This document shows, piece by piece, positions 32,401 through 50,096 of a stretch of 64,000 bases of DNA. Made by a program: the position numbers and the translations under genes. Under the pieces are notes generated by a model that was not told the origin of the DNA, made no database searches, and saw only the letters and a program-made list of their open reading frames with translations. Origin of the DNA: Phaeosaccion multiseriatum. Its lineage: Eukaryota > Protista > Ochrophyta, other classes. Each line of letters begins with the position of its first letter. Positions within the stretch are counted from its first letter, which is position 1. The stretch is taken from positions 1,612,001 through 1,676,000 of the forward strand of contig OZ218957.1 of assembly GCA_965112735.1 (NCBI GenBank). Reading direction: 5' to 3'.

Positions 32401-33720
32401 CATTTTCGACCCAGGCTAGCTCTTTCTCTCTCTCTCTCTCTCTGTCAGTCTGTCTTCTCTGTGTCTCTTCTTACTCTCACTCCTTTCGTACTCCTTCCCT
32501 CTCTTCTCTTTCGCCCATCCCCTCTCTCCCCTTCCTCCCTCTCTCCCTCAATCTCCCTCTCTCCTTCCCTCCCTCCCCCAACAGACCTTCATCCACCGAC
32601 TGTCAGTGACGGCGGGTGTCAGCGCCCTCGCCCTCTCCTTCGCCCTTGCGTGGAGGTACCCGTTGATCATGTTCTGCACGGCGGTGCTGTGCCTGCCCAT
32701 AACCCTCATGTACTCCACACCGGTGGTCAAGTTTAGAGGACGCTCCATCCCTCTAAAGGTCAGGCGAGCAAGTGAATGTGAACACGGAGGAGGGAGGAAG
32801 GCGGAGGAGGAGGAGGAGGAGGAGGAGGAGGAGGAGGAGGAGGAGGAGAACGGGGGGGGGGGGGGAGAGGGAGGAGGAGAGGAGGAGCAGAAGAGCGTTT
32901 CCGAGGAGAGAATGATGTTGTGGGGGGCTGAGGGTATTCGACCCTTCATGACAGACAAACAGTACGGCATGCGAGGTGGAGCGACCAACCTACAGAAGAT
33001 TGTCCCTCCGCCCCCTCACCACCACCCCCCTCCCCCCCCATCCCTGCCATCCACTGCCATCCACCCATCCCTCAGGCGCTGCCCATGGCGAAGGTCCTCG
33101 TTTGTGCGCTGTGGGCCTTCAACTCCGCCGTGCTGCCTGTCTTCATCGCCGCAGCCAGCTCCAGCCGCAGAGCAACAGTTGGCGACGGCATGATGGAGCA
33201 GATGGGGCTCAAGAACAAGAAGGCGAAGCACCAACCGCTTGTGCGTCTCTTGAGAGCCCTCCTCGGTTGGTTTGGTGACGACGTCCACCAAGAGCCTGGG
33301 GGTCTAGCAGCAGCAGCAGCGGCGGCGGCGGCGGCCGGAGGAACCGTGGGGGCAGGAGCGGGAGGAGGCATCAGAGTGGGCAAACGGTCGCTATTGTTGC
33401 TATCTGTCGGGGTGGCGTTGTGTGTCAATGCGCTTCAGACCATTGAAGACATTCGTAACGTACGCTTCGATCGCATGCAAGGCTACCTCACCGCCCCCGT
33501 CCTACTCGGTCCGGGCGGGGCAAGGCTCTTCGCTCTCGTGGCTGCCTTCTCTTCCTTCCTGGCCTTCTACTGGGCGGGGTGCACACTTGGATTTTCTCTG
33601 TGTGCCTCTGGCTTTGGAGTGGGATTGGCGCTGCTCTATAGACAGGAAAGGGACCTGACGTGGAGGCTTGCGGAACTGCAGGGAGTCTTTATGGCGCTGG
33701 CGTCGGTTGCCATCTCGTAG
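29455..33720 (+). CDS. UbiA-family prenyltransferase-like membrane protein with long acidic low-complexity N-terminus (multi-exon; start uncertain)
   Basis: C-terminal hydrophobic helices, LMYSTP..PLK|ALPMAKV, and [22 protein letters not shown] resembling UbiA DxxDxxxDxxxGxxTxP. Exons ~29455-30287, 30535-32126, 32585-32758, 33076-33720. Confidence 0.65.
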
Positions 33721-33936
33721 ACCGGAGAAGTGGGGGGGGGGGGGGGTGATTGGGGGTGGAGAAGGAGGGGGAGGAGGGGAGCCACACGGTGGAGGTGACT
33801 TACAGTTTTTCAGTAACAGGTTTAAAAAAAAATCTAGACTCTTTGTTAGCGCTTGTGATAGCCCATTGGCTAAGTGTTTTCTTGTGCCATAGGCGTTGGT
33901 GAATACCGTCTGGAGGAGCTTGTGTGTTTTTTAAGG

Positions 33937-33937
<1 letters not shown>

Positions 33938-33988
<51 letters not shown>
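33938..33988. repeat. (TA)n microsatellite
   Basis: Directly visible. Confidence 0.9.
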
Positions 33989-33990
<2 letters not shown>

Positions 33991-34016
33991 CACCCTTAAG
34001 TGCCACAGGAAGGATC

Positions 34017-34673
34017 GGCCCCATGCATGCCTAGCGGCCTAGGCCTATTTGGGAAAATTGCCCGGCCTAGCGAGGGCCGTAGGCCCTCGGCCTATTTTTA
34101 TGCCGCCGCCTAGGCGGCCCAAGCGGGGCGGAGGCCCGCGCGGCCTAGGGCAGACGCCAGCCAACTAGTCGACCCCTGATACACTATCGCCACATTCTCG
34201 ATAGCGCGCTATCGGGCCCCGGCGATAGCGGATAGCACGCCGGCTGGCGGATAGCACGCCCCAACAACCCCCCCCCCCCCCAAAGCCGGCTGGCGCCGGC
34301 GATAGCGGATAGCGGATAGTGTATCAGGGGTCGAAACTAGGCGGACGGTGGGAGTGCCCAGAGTGCAAAGAGTAGTCAGTTTCATTGCATGGGATTGGAA
34401 GTGAGGAGTAGACTTCGTTCGTGTTGTCTCTTCCGCCTCGCTGGCCCTACGAGGAGTGCAGACCTACAGGTGTGCTGCTACCCACTGGCTGGGCGGCACC
34501 ACGCACGCGCCCACGGTCACTGGGAGGCTGCCTAGAGGCGGGCTATGTAGGCCGCCTAGGACTGAAAAGTGAGCGGCCTAGAGCGGACGGAGGCCGCCGG
34601 CCTAGGCCTATATCGGCCGAAGGCCGAGCGGCCTAGCGGCCTAGAGCAAAAACCGCTAGGCGTGCGTGGGGGC
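34017..34673. mobile_element. Outer MITE-like element with imperfect 21-bp TIRs and many CCTAG(G) repeats
   Basis: GGCCCCATGCATGCCTAGCGG (34017-34037) versus the reverse complement of 34653-34673, GCCCCCACGCACGCCTAGCGG (18/21). No clear TSD. Confidence 0.6.
34169..34334. mobile_element. 166-bp MITE with perfect 20-bp TIRs and 6-bp flanking direct repeat
   Basis: TCGACCCCTGATACACTATC (34169-34188) and GATAGTGTATCAGGGGTCGA (34315-34334); AACTAG at 34163-34168 and 34335-34340; internal GATAGC repeats. Confidence 0.85.
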
Positions 34674-34774
34674 AAGAAGGAGAAAGGCCCTTTCACAGAT
34701 GGCCCATACCGGATTCGAAGAGAGCATGCTGCTGACATTTGTCAGGACGCACGGAAAATCAACAAAAACAACAA

Positions 34775-36148
34775 ATGGACGTGCTATCCTTCGTGAAAGG
34801 TTTCCTTTTGAAAGAATGGTCGGGGTCGAGCGAAGTGTGCTGGGCCATGCTGTCCATCGTCGCGATCCTCTATGAGAAGCAGCGGGATCGAAAAACAGGA
34901 GTGGTCTATACGCATTGGCTGGAGAGCATGGGCAAGAGCTTCCTCAACGCCTTTGGTGGGGACATCCTGGCATCGCTTCTCCTACGGGAAGTCCCCTATC
35001 CTCTGAAGCAGGACGCCTTGTTCCCCATCTTTATCCTCTGCTGGCTCTTGCTGCAGCGCAAGGCGGTGGAAGACTGGTTCATGGCCTCGCCGGGGTTGTT
35101 TCGGAGTATCTTGGCGGTGGCAGCGATATCCAAAGCCAACGCCATTTGCATGTTTGTGAACAAGGCTAATGCCACCTTGGCGCCCAGCCCTCACTACCCC
35201 ATGGCGCTCATTGGGCCCGTCATTGTGGGCACTATGCGCGGCGCGGGCTCGCTTTTCCTGCCCTTCTCGCTCGGAGTCTCCGCAGTCAACAATGAGGCGC
35301 CCTGGAAGCTGCAGGTATCCGCGTGGGCAGCGGTTGCCTACCATATCCTCGCCAATGACACGTTCATCCTGGGAGGGCTGGGGAGGGGAATGCTTGGCTT
35401 GACCATGGACGCCAGGCAGGTGCGTCTGGTGGTAGTGATAGGCTTTTCGGCCTTCACTCTCCTCCGAACCTTCAAAGGGTGGGAGACCTTCAACCCCTTC
35501 TCGCCTGCGCACTCTCTCATGTACGCGGCGACGGGCTTCCGTAGACCTCGGCCGCCTGCTTCTGCTGCGGCTGGTGCGGCCGCCCAAGATGGGGCCAGCG
35601 GGCTGTACGACTTGGTAGCGCGTCGGAGGCAAGAGCGAGTCTTTGACCTGGTGCGGGCGGGTGCATGCGTGGCAGCAATCACCGCCTTCCTGGCCTCGAG
35701 AGACATGGCCGATAGTCAGAGCCGACTTTCGTCCTTCACCCCCGGGCAAAAGCTGGCGCCGGGTCAGCAGCTCGGTACCTGCCTCTCGCCTGTGAGCAGG
35801 TTGCTCCACGGTTGCCAGGCGGAGTATGTGAAGCTCAACAACGATGGCAGCTTGGTGCTCTTTAGAGGGCAAACAGGGGAGGAGGAAGAAGTGTTGTGGA
35901 GCACCCCGCGCCCTGCGGCCAAGAAGCGTGGGGACACGGAAGAGGTGGGTGTGGCCCTGTCGCTGGGAGAGGATGGAGCGCTCTTCATCGCCACGCAGGA
36001 CGAGAAACCCAAGGTGCTATGGAGTACCAAGGCCAGCAAGGGGAAGGGGAAGGGGAAAGGCTCATCTGGAGGAGCGATGGCGGTGGTGGAGGGGGGCGCG
36101 CTGAGGGTGTACAAAGGTGGGGAGGAAGTGTGGACATCGTCGAGCTGA
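34775..36148 (+). CDS. TRIC/TMEM38-like cation channel fused to a C-terminal bulb-type lectin-like domain; intronless
   Basis: FGGDILASLLLREVP and GTMRGAGS glycine-kink helices; then LAPGQQL, LNNDGSLVLF..VLWST, LGEDGALFI..VLWST, EGGALRVY..VWTS. Confidence 0.7.
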   Translation: MDVLSFVKGFLLKEWSGSSEVCWAMLSIVAILYEKQRDRKTGVVYTHWLESMGKSFLNAFGGDILASLLLREVPYPLKQDALFPIFILCWLLLQRKAVEDWFMASPGLFRSILAVAAISKANAICMFVNKANATLAPSPHYPMALIGPVIVGTMRGAGSLFLPFSLGVSAVNNEAPWKLQVSAWAAVAYHILANDTFILGGLGRGMLGLTMDARQVRLVVVIGFSAFTLLRTFKGWETFNPFSPAHSLMYAATGFRRPRPPASAAAGAAAQDGASGLYDLVARRRQERVFDLVRAGACVAAITAFLASRDMADSQSRLSSFTPGQKLAPGQQLGTCLSPVSRLLHGCQAEYVKLNNDGSLVLFRGQTGEEEEVLWSTPRPAAKKRGDTEEVGVALSLGEDGALFIATQDEKPKVLWSTKASKGKGKGKGSSGGAMAVVEGGALRVYKGGEEVWTSSS

Positions 36149-36381
36149 GAGGTCTCAGAGAGGTCTCAGAAAGGTCTCAGAAAGGTCTGAGAGAGAGAGA
36201 TGTAGAGATGCGATGTCATCGTTCACGGCTCAGTAAGCTTGGAATGGGGTTTTTCTTGCTTCTTGCATGTACTACTCTTCGCTTTACAAACAAAGAAAAA
36301 TCAAATCACGCACACTTTAAAGTCCCCCTGCCCTCGGCAAAGAAAGCCCAAAGCGTGTGCGGGCTTGTGTGCTTGCTTGCT

Positions 36382-38467
36382 TCAGCCCTCCTTCTTGCTC
36401 TGCTCCTGCTGCTCCTTCTGCTGCTCCTTCTGCTCCTTCTGCTGCTGCTGCTGCTGCTCCTGCTGCTGCTGCTGAGGAGACACAGCGTCCCAACTATCCG
36501 AAAGAGAGAGCGCCTGTGACTTGCCCAGCTTTCTCCTGGGATGGGGCTGCGACTTGGGGGACTGGCGAGGGCTGGATGGGGCATCGAAGACCAGGCCTTC
36601 TTCATCCTCCGGGGGATTGTTGGCGGGAGATAGAGCCGCGGCGGCTGCTGCATAGGCCGTGGCAGCCCAGTCTACCGCCGCCGCCTTGCTGTCTTTCTTC
36701 TCCTCTTCCCCCTCTTGTCCTCCTCCTCCTGCTTCTTCTTTTTTATCTCCGCCATCTAAGTCTAGGGCGATGCTAAGCGGGGTATCTCTACCGCTGCTTG
36801 TGGAGGTCTTGCCTCTGGTGCCGCTACCTCCACCGCTGCCGCTCTCCCTTCCCCTTCTGCGGTGCCCTTCTTCTTGCCCCCCTTCCCCTTCCCCGCCTTC
36901 CCACCCCCCCTTGGGTGGAGGCGGCGTGTTGGCTGGTGTCAGGTCCATGCATGGTATCAGCAACGCCTCCTCCGGCCTACGCTGGACCCCCACTCCCACC
37001 TCTCCTCCATCGCCGTACACATCGCTATCGTAAGCGTCGTATCCGACTTGTTGGCCGCTGCCCCTGCCCCTGTCCCTTCCGCTGCCTCTGCCGCTGCCTG
37101 ACCTCCTCTTAGTGTGCCAGCCAATATCTCCTCCTCCTCCCCCTCCGCCTTCTCCTTCTCCTCCCTCCTCCAGCTGAAGGTCAACAGCGACGAGCTCTCC
37201 CTCTCCCTCCTCCCCGAACCCCGACAATGAACCCCCCCCCCCTCCTCCTCCTTCCAGCAGCCGCTTGGAGCTCTCCTGGTTGGCACTGTTGGGGTCTGAG
37301 TGCCCAATACACTTGGTGATCATTTCAGTGTTCGAGTCCCTTGGATTATAGCACAGCAGCAGGCAGGAGAGCACTAGCAGCAGCGACTCCGTCGCCAGCG
37401 TGAGGTACAGCCCCACGCCGAGAGGGCTGCGCGAGGGGGGGGGGGGTATGTGGGCGTGTGGGGGTGTGTGCGTGCGTGGGTGAGTACGTGGGTGGGGAGT
37501 GGTGTGAAGTTTCCGACGGCAGGCAGCAGCGGCGACAACGAAGGACAGAGAGGGGGAGAGAGAGAGAGAGAGAGGGAGAGGGAGAGGGAGAGGGAGAGGG
37601 AGAGGGAGAGGGAGAGGGAGAGAGAGAGAGAGGGAAAGAGAGGGGCGGGCGGGGTCAGAATAGACCAGGGAGGGAGGAGCTGACACTTGGTTGGACACGA
37701 AGACACAAGCAAAGAACCAAAGCTCTCCACAAAAGCCGACACGATAAACTTGAAGAATAAAAACTGAAACGGAAACCCGACCTGAGCGAGTCGGCCATAT
37801 ACTCGAGCAGCTCCGGGCGGCACCGGTCGTAGGGGCACGCCAGCGAGATGGTCCCGTTGGCCTGCGAACAGAGACTTGAGCTGGGGCAGCACTGCGAGGG
37901 GTCGTAGAGAGAGCCTGCTGAAGGACCCCCTGGAGAGTCTGGGTCCTCCCGAGCGTCCGGGCAGTCGAAAGCGCCGCCGGAGCACTCACATCTGGCGCTG
38001 GACATGGAGGTTTCGCAGTTGTCGTCCACGAGGTCCCACAGCCATGCGTCTGTTTGTGTGTGTATGTTAAGTGGTTGAGAGTAGTGGAAAGGGTAGGCAG
38101 GGGAGGGGGGACGCGGGGGGTGGGTGGGTGGGTGGGGTGGGTTGGGGTTGAGTTGGTGAGTGGGGAAGAGGTGAGAGGTGAGAGCGACCACGCGTGGGTT
38201 GGAGTGGAGGCAAATGGATAGGCAGACAAGCAGGTAGTATTTGGGCAAGCAGGCGGGCTGACAGACAGGCAAGCAGGCAGAGACAGACAGTCAGACCGGC
38301 AGGCAGAGGCAGACAGGCAGGCTGACACAGGCAGTCAGGCTGACAGACAGGCAGGCAGGCAGACAGGGGCAGACAGGAGGCAAGCAGGCCGGCAGACAGG
38401 CAGGCCGAGGCAGGCGGGCAGACAGGCAGGCGGGCAGACAGGCAGGCAGGCAGGCAGGCAGGCAGGA

Positions 38468-38505
<38 letters not shown>

Positions 38506-39528
38506 ACGGGCTAAGGCTAGTCGAGTGGCGAATGCACACACAGGCAACTCTCTGTAGAGCTGCATCCCACCACCTCCTCCACCACTTGCAACTTCATCCC
38601 CCCCCCTCAAGAGCCAGGAGCTGTGTCCATATGCAGTCTTATGGCCACCCCCACCCACCCGATATGCCGCAGTCAGTGCTCTCAAAGTAGTGAGTGTTGA
38701 AGGTCTCTCGGTATGTGACCTCTACGCCCGCGAAGGTGTTTGGTAACTCCGTCTCGGCCAGGCTCAAGCTCCCCTCTGTAAGACGAGATGTGGAAAGGGG
38801 GGGAGTCATAGGTAACAAGGGGTACGGAGAGAAACGAGGGGGGCTTCTTGTTTACTCACTGACTCACTCACTCCATTCCCCTTCTACGCTCCTCACAAAG
38901 GAGTAGGCTGCAACAATGCGACGGACGCTCCGGTCATTGCCTCTGTGTCTCTCGTTTTTGGAATGGGTGTGGCTATATGCAAGTGCAAGGTCCTTCCCCT
39001 CCGTGCCGTACCTGTGAGGTACAGCCACACAGCGACCAGGCTCTGCAGTACGATGAGCACGGTCAGGGAGGAGTTGTAGAAAGAGAGTACTCGCCGGCCT
39101 CCAATCTTTCCGCGGTCAATCTGGACAGGAGGAGGGAGCGGCAGCCAGAGCACGTGGGGTGTAAGACGGATTTCTCGAGAGCGATATTATATTGGCAGCG
39201 GATGGAGCAAGAACGACCACTTCTCTTTTCCCTCGTCTCGCATGTCATGCCATGAATCAGCGTTATCATCAAACGCCTTGTGATAGTTTGTTTAGCTTGG
39301 ACTCACCTGATTACACACGCCGTAGCATCCGATGACCGGTAGGGCGATCAGCGACAAGCCGAACATGAAGAGTTTGAAGAGGCGAGCCCCAAGCATGTCT
39401 CGCACCAGCTCCACATCGTAGTTGGCCTTGAGGTAGAGGCACAGGCCCAGCAGTACGCCCCCCCACACCAGCAGGAGGCAGTTGCAGTTCAGTGCCGTGA
39501 ACTTTAAGATGTCATTCAGTCGTCCCAT
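36382..39528 (-). CDS. Tetraspanin-like protein with long low-complexity C-tail (multi-exon)
   Basis: TM1-2 with IGCYG, TM3 (VLSFYNSSLTVLIVLQSLVAVWLY), Cys-rich loop (..CCPSSS..CPYDRCRPELLEY), TM4 (GVGLYLTLATESLLLVLSCLLLCY). Confidence 0.72.
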
Positions 39529-39649
39529 GGTCGGGCACGGCGTTTTGTGGCACTTTTGATCTTAACTCTCGCCGTTTCGTTTTACTGACTTATTATTCTT
39601 CCCATTCTCCCCTCATCCCTCAGGATATCAACTCAGAGTGATAAGGGTG

Positions 39650-40335
39650 ATGGGTTTAGTTCGGGCAAAGGAGCCTTCGCCACCGTCGCAGCAGCAGGAT
39701 GAGCTTGACTGGCGGGAGATGTTCGAGTCGTTCCATGCGACAAGCGCCCCAAGTCCGGCCACAACAAAGAGAAGGCTGCGGCTCCAGAAGCAGCAGCAGC
39801 GGCTGCGCCGGAAGAAGGAGAAGGTCGACGGTCTTTCAGGTGGTGGTGTGCTAGCTCCTTCAGCTGCCCTGCTGAAGCACGCGGGCAGTACACAACGACC
39901 GAGCGCGGCACCTTCGTCTCAAGGAGAAGCAAACACTGGGGGTCAGCCACGGTTACCCTCGCTTCCCAAAGGCTCTCGACCAAGGCGACCCGAAAACTAT
40001 CGGCGGCGGCGGCAACCGCCGCAACAGCAGCAACAGCAGCAGAAGGGGAAAGACAATCAGCTTGTATCGGAAGCAGAGGAGACGAACGGGGGGAAGGATG
40101 ACGCCGACAGCATTGCGAAAGCCATTGCCAGCATGCCCAGGAAGCAGAAGCGGAAGCTCTTCAGTCAGATCAAGTCTCTGTTCGAAGATATCGACGCCGT
40201 CTGGGAAGGGTTGGGGGCCGATGGTAGTAGTAGACGTAGTAGAAGAAGGGATTTCCCAGAGGAGGGCATTGTTCCCGGAGGGTGCAGAGTGGATCAGCGC
40301 TCAGAGCGGCCCGAGCAGCAAGAGGAGGATGAGGG

Positions 40336-40370
<35 letters not shown>

Positions 40371-40603
40371 TACAGCCGCAGCGGCCGCCAGAAGGAGGTG
40401 GAGGGCAGCATGACCAGCAGCGGAAGAAGTGCCACCCCCGAGACTATCGGCGGTTGAGTAAGGAGTGGCACCAGCGGCGCTTGGAGCAGCAGCCGCCCCT
40501 TTGCTTGAGGAAAAGCACCAGGTTGGCCTACACCCTCCCCCTGCCCAAGCCCTGGATAGACGGTAGAGCAGACAGGGCAGCGTCGCGCAAAGGGGGCGCT
40601 TAG
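39650..40603 (+). CDS. Hypothetical Gln/Arg-rich protein
   Basis: ~320-aa open frame divergent from the tetraspanin gene; no recognisable domain. Confidence 0.5.
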
Positions 40604-41112
40604 AGACGCCATCATCGATGAGGGACGGCAGAAGATACATATAGGGGGGGGGGGGGAGCGAGAGAGAGAGGGAGAGAGATACATCTAGACAAGTCCGAAC
40701 ACATCACACTGGCGTCAGGGACGACAGTACCGCCGCTGCACCGAGAGGTCAGCGACTACTCACTTCACTGCTGAGCACTGCTGAGTGCTACGAGTAGGCA
40801 GACAGGCAAGGCAGACCAAAAAACCTCCTTCCTTTTGTCCCATCAAACTAAAGAAAAAGCCAAAGATTGTTGCTTCATAGAAAACCAAAGTTCCAACATT
40901 ATTAGAAGAAGGAGAGAGAGAAGAACTGTCTTAAAATCACTTTTGCTGCCTCCTTGTGGTAAGCGCAGCCCCGCCTTCAAAGCCCCTTGTGCTGCCTCCT
41001 TGTGAGGGTTCACAGCCCCGCTCCTGTGCTCCTCCTGCTGCTGCTACTGACCTACCCTGCCCGCCCTGCCCGCCCTGCGCGGCCGGCCCGCTCAGCACTA
41101 CCGCCCTCAGCC

Positions 41113-45590
<4,478 letters not shown>

Positions 45591-45808
45591 GATTGAAGAA
45601 GGGGCAAGAGGTGCAATGTTTTTCAGGGGAGCAGGGGCAAGTCCCTAAACTCCTTACAACCCGTCTTTGTGCATGTACACACCCCTGTTTACGATTTGAT
45701 CGTTTGGATGGATTGATTCGAGCAGATGGCAATGGATGGTCGGTAGGAACAAAGTCGCGCCGGCTGATATCGCCGGCTCCCTCCGAGTTCTCTTTCTCTC
45801 ATCCCGCT

Positions 45809-46575
45809 ATGTCCTATATCTATCACGAGAAGCAGGTGCGTTGGGGGAGAGCTACCAACACTATCGCAGCGGCAGTAGTAACAGCAGCAGCAGGAGAGGG
45901 ACAAGCAACAGCAGCAGAAGGACTCGGGCAGTTGATGTAGTTGCTGCTCCTCCCTCTTCCCAGGCCCCTCCGGATGACGCCCACCCCCCCTTATCCCTTA
46001 TTCGTACCGCAGGAGGCGAGTCTGTGTGGACAGCATGCACTCAACAACCTCTGCCAGCAGGGCATGGTCTTTTCCGCCATGGTAAAGTAAAGCACCAACT
46101 AAACTCTCCATCTTTGATAGCTACGTCACCGCTTGTCCTCCTTCTGCTCTCTCTCTCTATCTCTATCTCCCTCTTTCCCTCTCTCCATCTACCTACCTTA
46201 ACGTCAGGGTCTCGCTGAAATCGCGCACGAGGTGAGGGCTTCTGTTGTGTGGGCTTCCTTCGTTTTCACCTGTCCAAGTCCTCACTCGCAGTTCATTTCA
46301 AAAGTCTGCCTGCATGGGGGCCTGTACTGATTCTCCTCCTCCTCCTCCTCCTCTTCCGCCACTCCGGCCTCCACACCCAATACCCCTCACACCCCCCTTC
46401 TTCCGCCCGCTACAACCGCTCCTACTCGTAACACACACCTCTCTCCCACCCCTTGCAGCTCGACGAGAAGGAGCGCAAGGTGATGCTGGAGATGGGTCAC
46501 AACACTGCTGATGCTGCCAAGTTCCTGGCAGAGGAATCGGGAAACGTCGACGCGGCGGGAAACTTCAGTATCTCC

Positions 46576-46647
<72 letters not shown>

Positions 46648-49534
46648 GTGTGTGTGTGTTTGGCTTGGGTGGGTAAGCGGGTGCGGGTGTGAATGTGGGT
46701 GTGTGGATGAACGAATGGGTGGGTGGGTAGGTGTGTGGGTGGGTGGTCAGTCAGTCTCACTCGGCGTGTACTGAACTACAGATGACCCTTCGCCCACGCC
46801 CTGTGCCTCCTCCTCTCCTGTTTCGCAAAGGTGTTATCGGAGGCGATGAAGAGGAGATACCGTAAGTGCTCATATGTGACCAACCACAGAAGAAAATGGT
46901 TCGTTTCATACTGTAGTCTCCCCTTTCCAGGAGGTGTTCCGATGTTTTGGTCTTTTTTCTTTTTTGTTGTCATTTTCTCATCGACTCATCCATCGCTGTT
47001 GACTTCACACGGACGCCCCCCTTGCGATCCTTGTCTCGCGTTGTGTTCCAGAGGTGTTGTGTTGTCAGTCAACTTAGCTCTTTCACTCCCTTTCTCACCC
47101 TTGTGTTGGATGTGCAGAGGTGTTATCAGTCAACTCACTACTAACCACTCCATTATACGGCCTTTGTCTTACAGTTTTCAGCTTTCAATTCATATGACCT
47201 TTATCAATATCGAACACCATTAATGACTTACAGAGGTGACGCTGGTCAACTCGGAGAACGAAGAGGTGAAGGGCAAGCTCACCACCACAGGCTACGCGCG
47301 AGAGGAGGGCTTCGTCCTCAATCGGTGAGGGAGGGAGGAGGGATTCGCGGAGTGAGAGTGGAGAGGTCACCAGTGAGGAAGGAGGAGGGTACAGACTAGA
47401 GAAGAGGGAGGCCATCGGTGAGGCAGGCACAGACAGAGTAGAGCGGCGAGGTGAGCACGCAAGAGGAGAGAGGAAAGGGGGGCACACAAGCGTAGAGAGG
47501 AGAGGAGAGGAGAGGAGAGGTGGGCACAAAAGAGCTGCCCCATGTCCCATGTGAGTGAGGGGATGTTTTGAGCAATGGAAGTGGAGAGCAGAATTGCCTA
47601 AAACGTGCGCCTCTCCCTCTCCCTGTCTCATCGTCTCTCTCTCTCGCTCCTCCTATTCCTCCTCCTGCTCCTCCTCCTCCTCCTCCTTCTCCTCCTCCTT
47701 CTCCTCCTCCTCCTCCTCCTCCTTCTACTCCTCCTCCCACTTGCCTCTTCTGTGGCTTGCCAGACACTCTCACTGGCTGGCTGTGCGGCGCATCAGGGAC
47801 AAGTACTGGAACCTCAACAGCACGGAGGACGAACCCTCAACCGTCGGAGAGTTCGCCTTGGAGGTAACCTACCCTCACTCACTCACTCCATCACTTAACT
47901 CGCGCACGCACACACGCACGCACCCAATCACTCACTCACTCGCGTACACACTCACTCACTCACGCATCTCCACCTCCTCGTCCTCCTCCTCCCCGATCAA
48001 AAGGCCACGCTAGCCCAATATGTAAAGGACGGTTACAACGTCTTTGTGGTGCGGGGCATCACTAGCAACAACAAGCTGCCCCCCCCCGTGTCCGATAGCG
48101 CCGTTGAGTTAATGCACCTAGATGGCCCTGAGGCTCCCTCATGGAGAATGGAGGCAGACATTGGAAGGGGTGGCAGCGGCAAGCGAGCAGCGGAGGGAGA
48201 GCCGTCGAGTGGGGGTGGATCGGTGTATTCGGGGGGTGGGAGTGAGGCGAGCAAGAAGCCACACTCATGGGCAGAGTCAGGTCCTGGGCGGTGAGTGGAG
48301 TGGAGGAGGGGTGGAGAAGGCGACGGGATGTGGGAGTGTGGGGGACTGGAGGAGGAGGAGGAGGAGGAGGAGGAGGAGGAGGAGGAGGAGGAGGAGGAGG
48401 AGGAGTGGGGGCGTGCAGAGAGAAGAGAGGGGCGTGTGTGTGTGCGTGTGTCTGCGTGTGGGTGCGACTCTAGCGTACTTCGGGTCGTTCGGCCTCAACG
48501 ATATGCTTTGCCGCACCCACACTCGCCCTTCGCCTTTGGCTGTGGCTGTGGCTGTATAACCAACTGCTATGGCTATGGCTGGGGCTTCTGAGCTGCCAGG
48601 AGAGTTCTCTTTAGTGTTGTAGACTTGCGGTGTCTTAGGATACTGTCATGCATTGAATGTTCTCGTACCCTCACTCATTGCCTCCTCCCCCGCCTCTTCC
48701 CCTTTCCCACCCCGTCCGCCCCGCCCCCACACCCCTGCTGTGGGTTGGTTTGCCTCGGTCCATTGTCCTTCCTTCCTCTCTTCCTTCCTTCTTTCCTTCC
48801 TTCCTTCCTTCCTTCCTTCCTTCCTTCCTTCCTTCCTTCCTTCCTGTCCTTTCTTTTTTCCTCTCTTCCTTCCTCACGACACACGCGACGTACACATACC
48901 ACCACGACTCAACTCGCTCAGGCGACTCGACGGTGGCAGCGGTAGTGCTGACAGTAACAATAGAGATAGAGATAGCAGTTCAAGAGGAGGCTTGAGTCCT
49001 CCTCGTCCGCCTCCGGAGTTTATGAGTGAGGACGAGCAGATGGCGGCCGCTATAGCCGCGTCGCTTGGAGAGGAGGCAGTTGGTCCTACAGATTCGACGA
49101 CTGCGGGGGGAGGGGGGGGCTGGGTGCCTGTTTGTCCTCCAGAGGAGCCGGCGAACCTTCCCGGAGAGACAGTGACGGTACAGGTAAGAGAATAGAAAGG
49201 AAGAGAAGAGCAGAGAGGAGAGGAGAAGAAGGAGAGTTTTTAGGTTCGGTATATCCGACCCCCCTCATTGCTTTGCCTCACTTTGCCTCGCCTTGCGGAT
49301 GGATGGATGGATGGGTGGGTGCGTCTTGCAGGTAAAGCTGCCCGGGAGGAGAGTGAGGCGGAGGTTTCCGAAGAGCGATAACACGGTACGTGCCACGTGC
49401 GGCTGATCACCACTCACGCACCGACCTCTCTCAGTCGTGCTTTGTTTACATATGTGCTTCTGGTAGCCCCGCTTGGACGCTCGCCACCGACCCACCCACC
49501 CCACATCAACCCTTCTTGGATGTTCACACACATG

Positions 49535-49577
<43 letters not shown>

Positions 49578-49994
49578 ACACCCCGAACCGACTCCCCCAC
49601 CCACCCACCCACCCCAATCACCACTCACCACTCTGTGACAGTCTGTCCTATTCGATTTCGTGGCGTTTGAGCTGGCCAAGGCGGATGGGAAGGGGTCTGC
49701 GAGCAGCGCGTTTCAGACCAACTTTGGTGAGTGAGAGGTGGTCGTGGATGGGGCTAGACGCCGCCGAGTTGTCTGTGTGTTGTCAGAGACTCGCCTTATG
49801 CTCCGCCCCTGTCCTGATACTCATGCCCCTATCCGTATCCTGACACCTGACACATCTATCCTGACATCCTGTCCTGGACCGATCGCCGCACCCTCTGACA
49901 TCCTCTCCCTTTTGCTTGTCTCTTTGTCTGTCTGTCTGTCTGTCTTGTCTGCCTGTCTGCCTGTCTGTCTATCTTGTCTTTGTCTATCTGTCTG

Positions 49995-50030
<36 letters not shown>

Positions 50031-50048
50031 TGTCTGTCTGTCTGTCTG

Positions 50049-50096
<48 letters not shown>

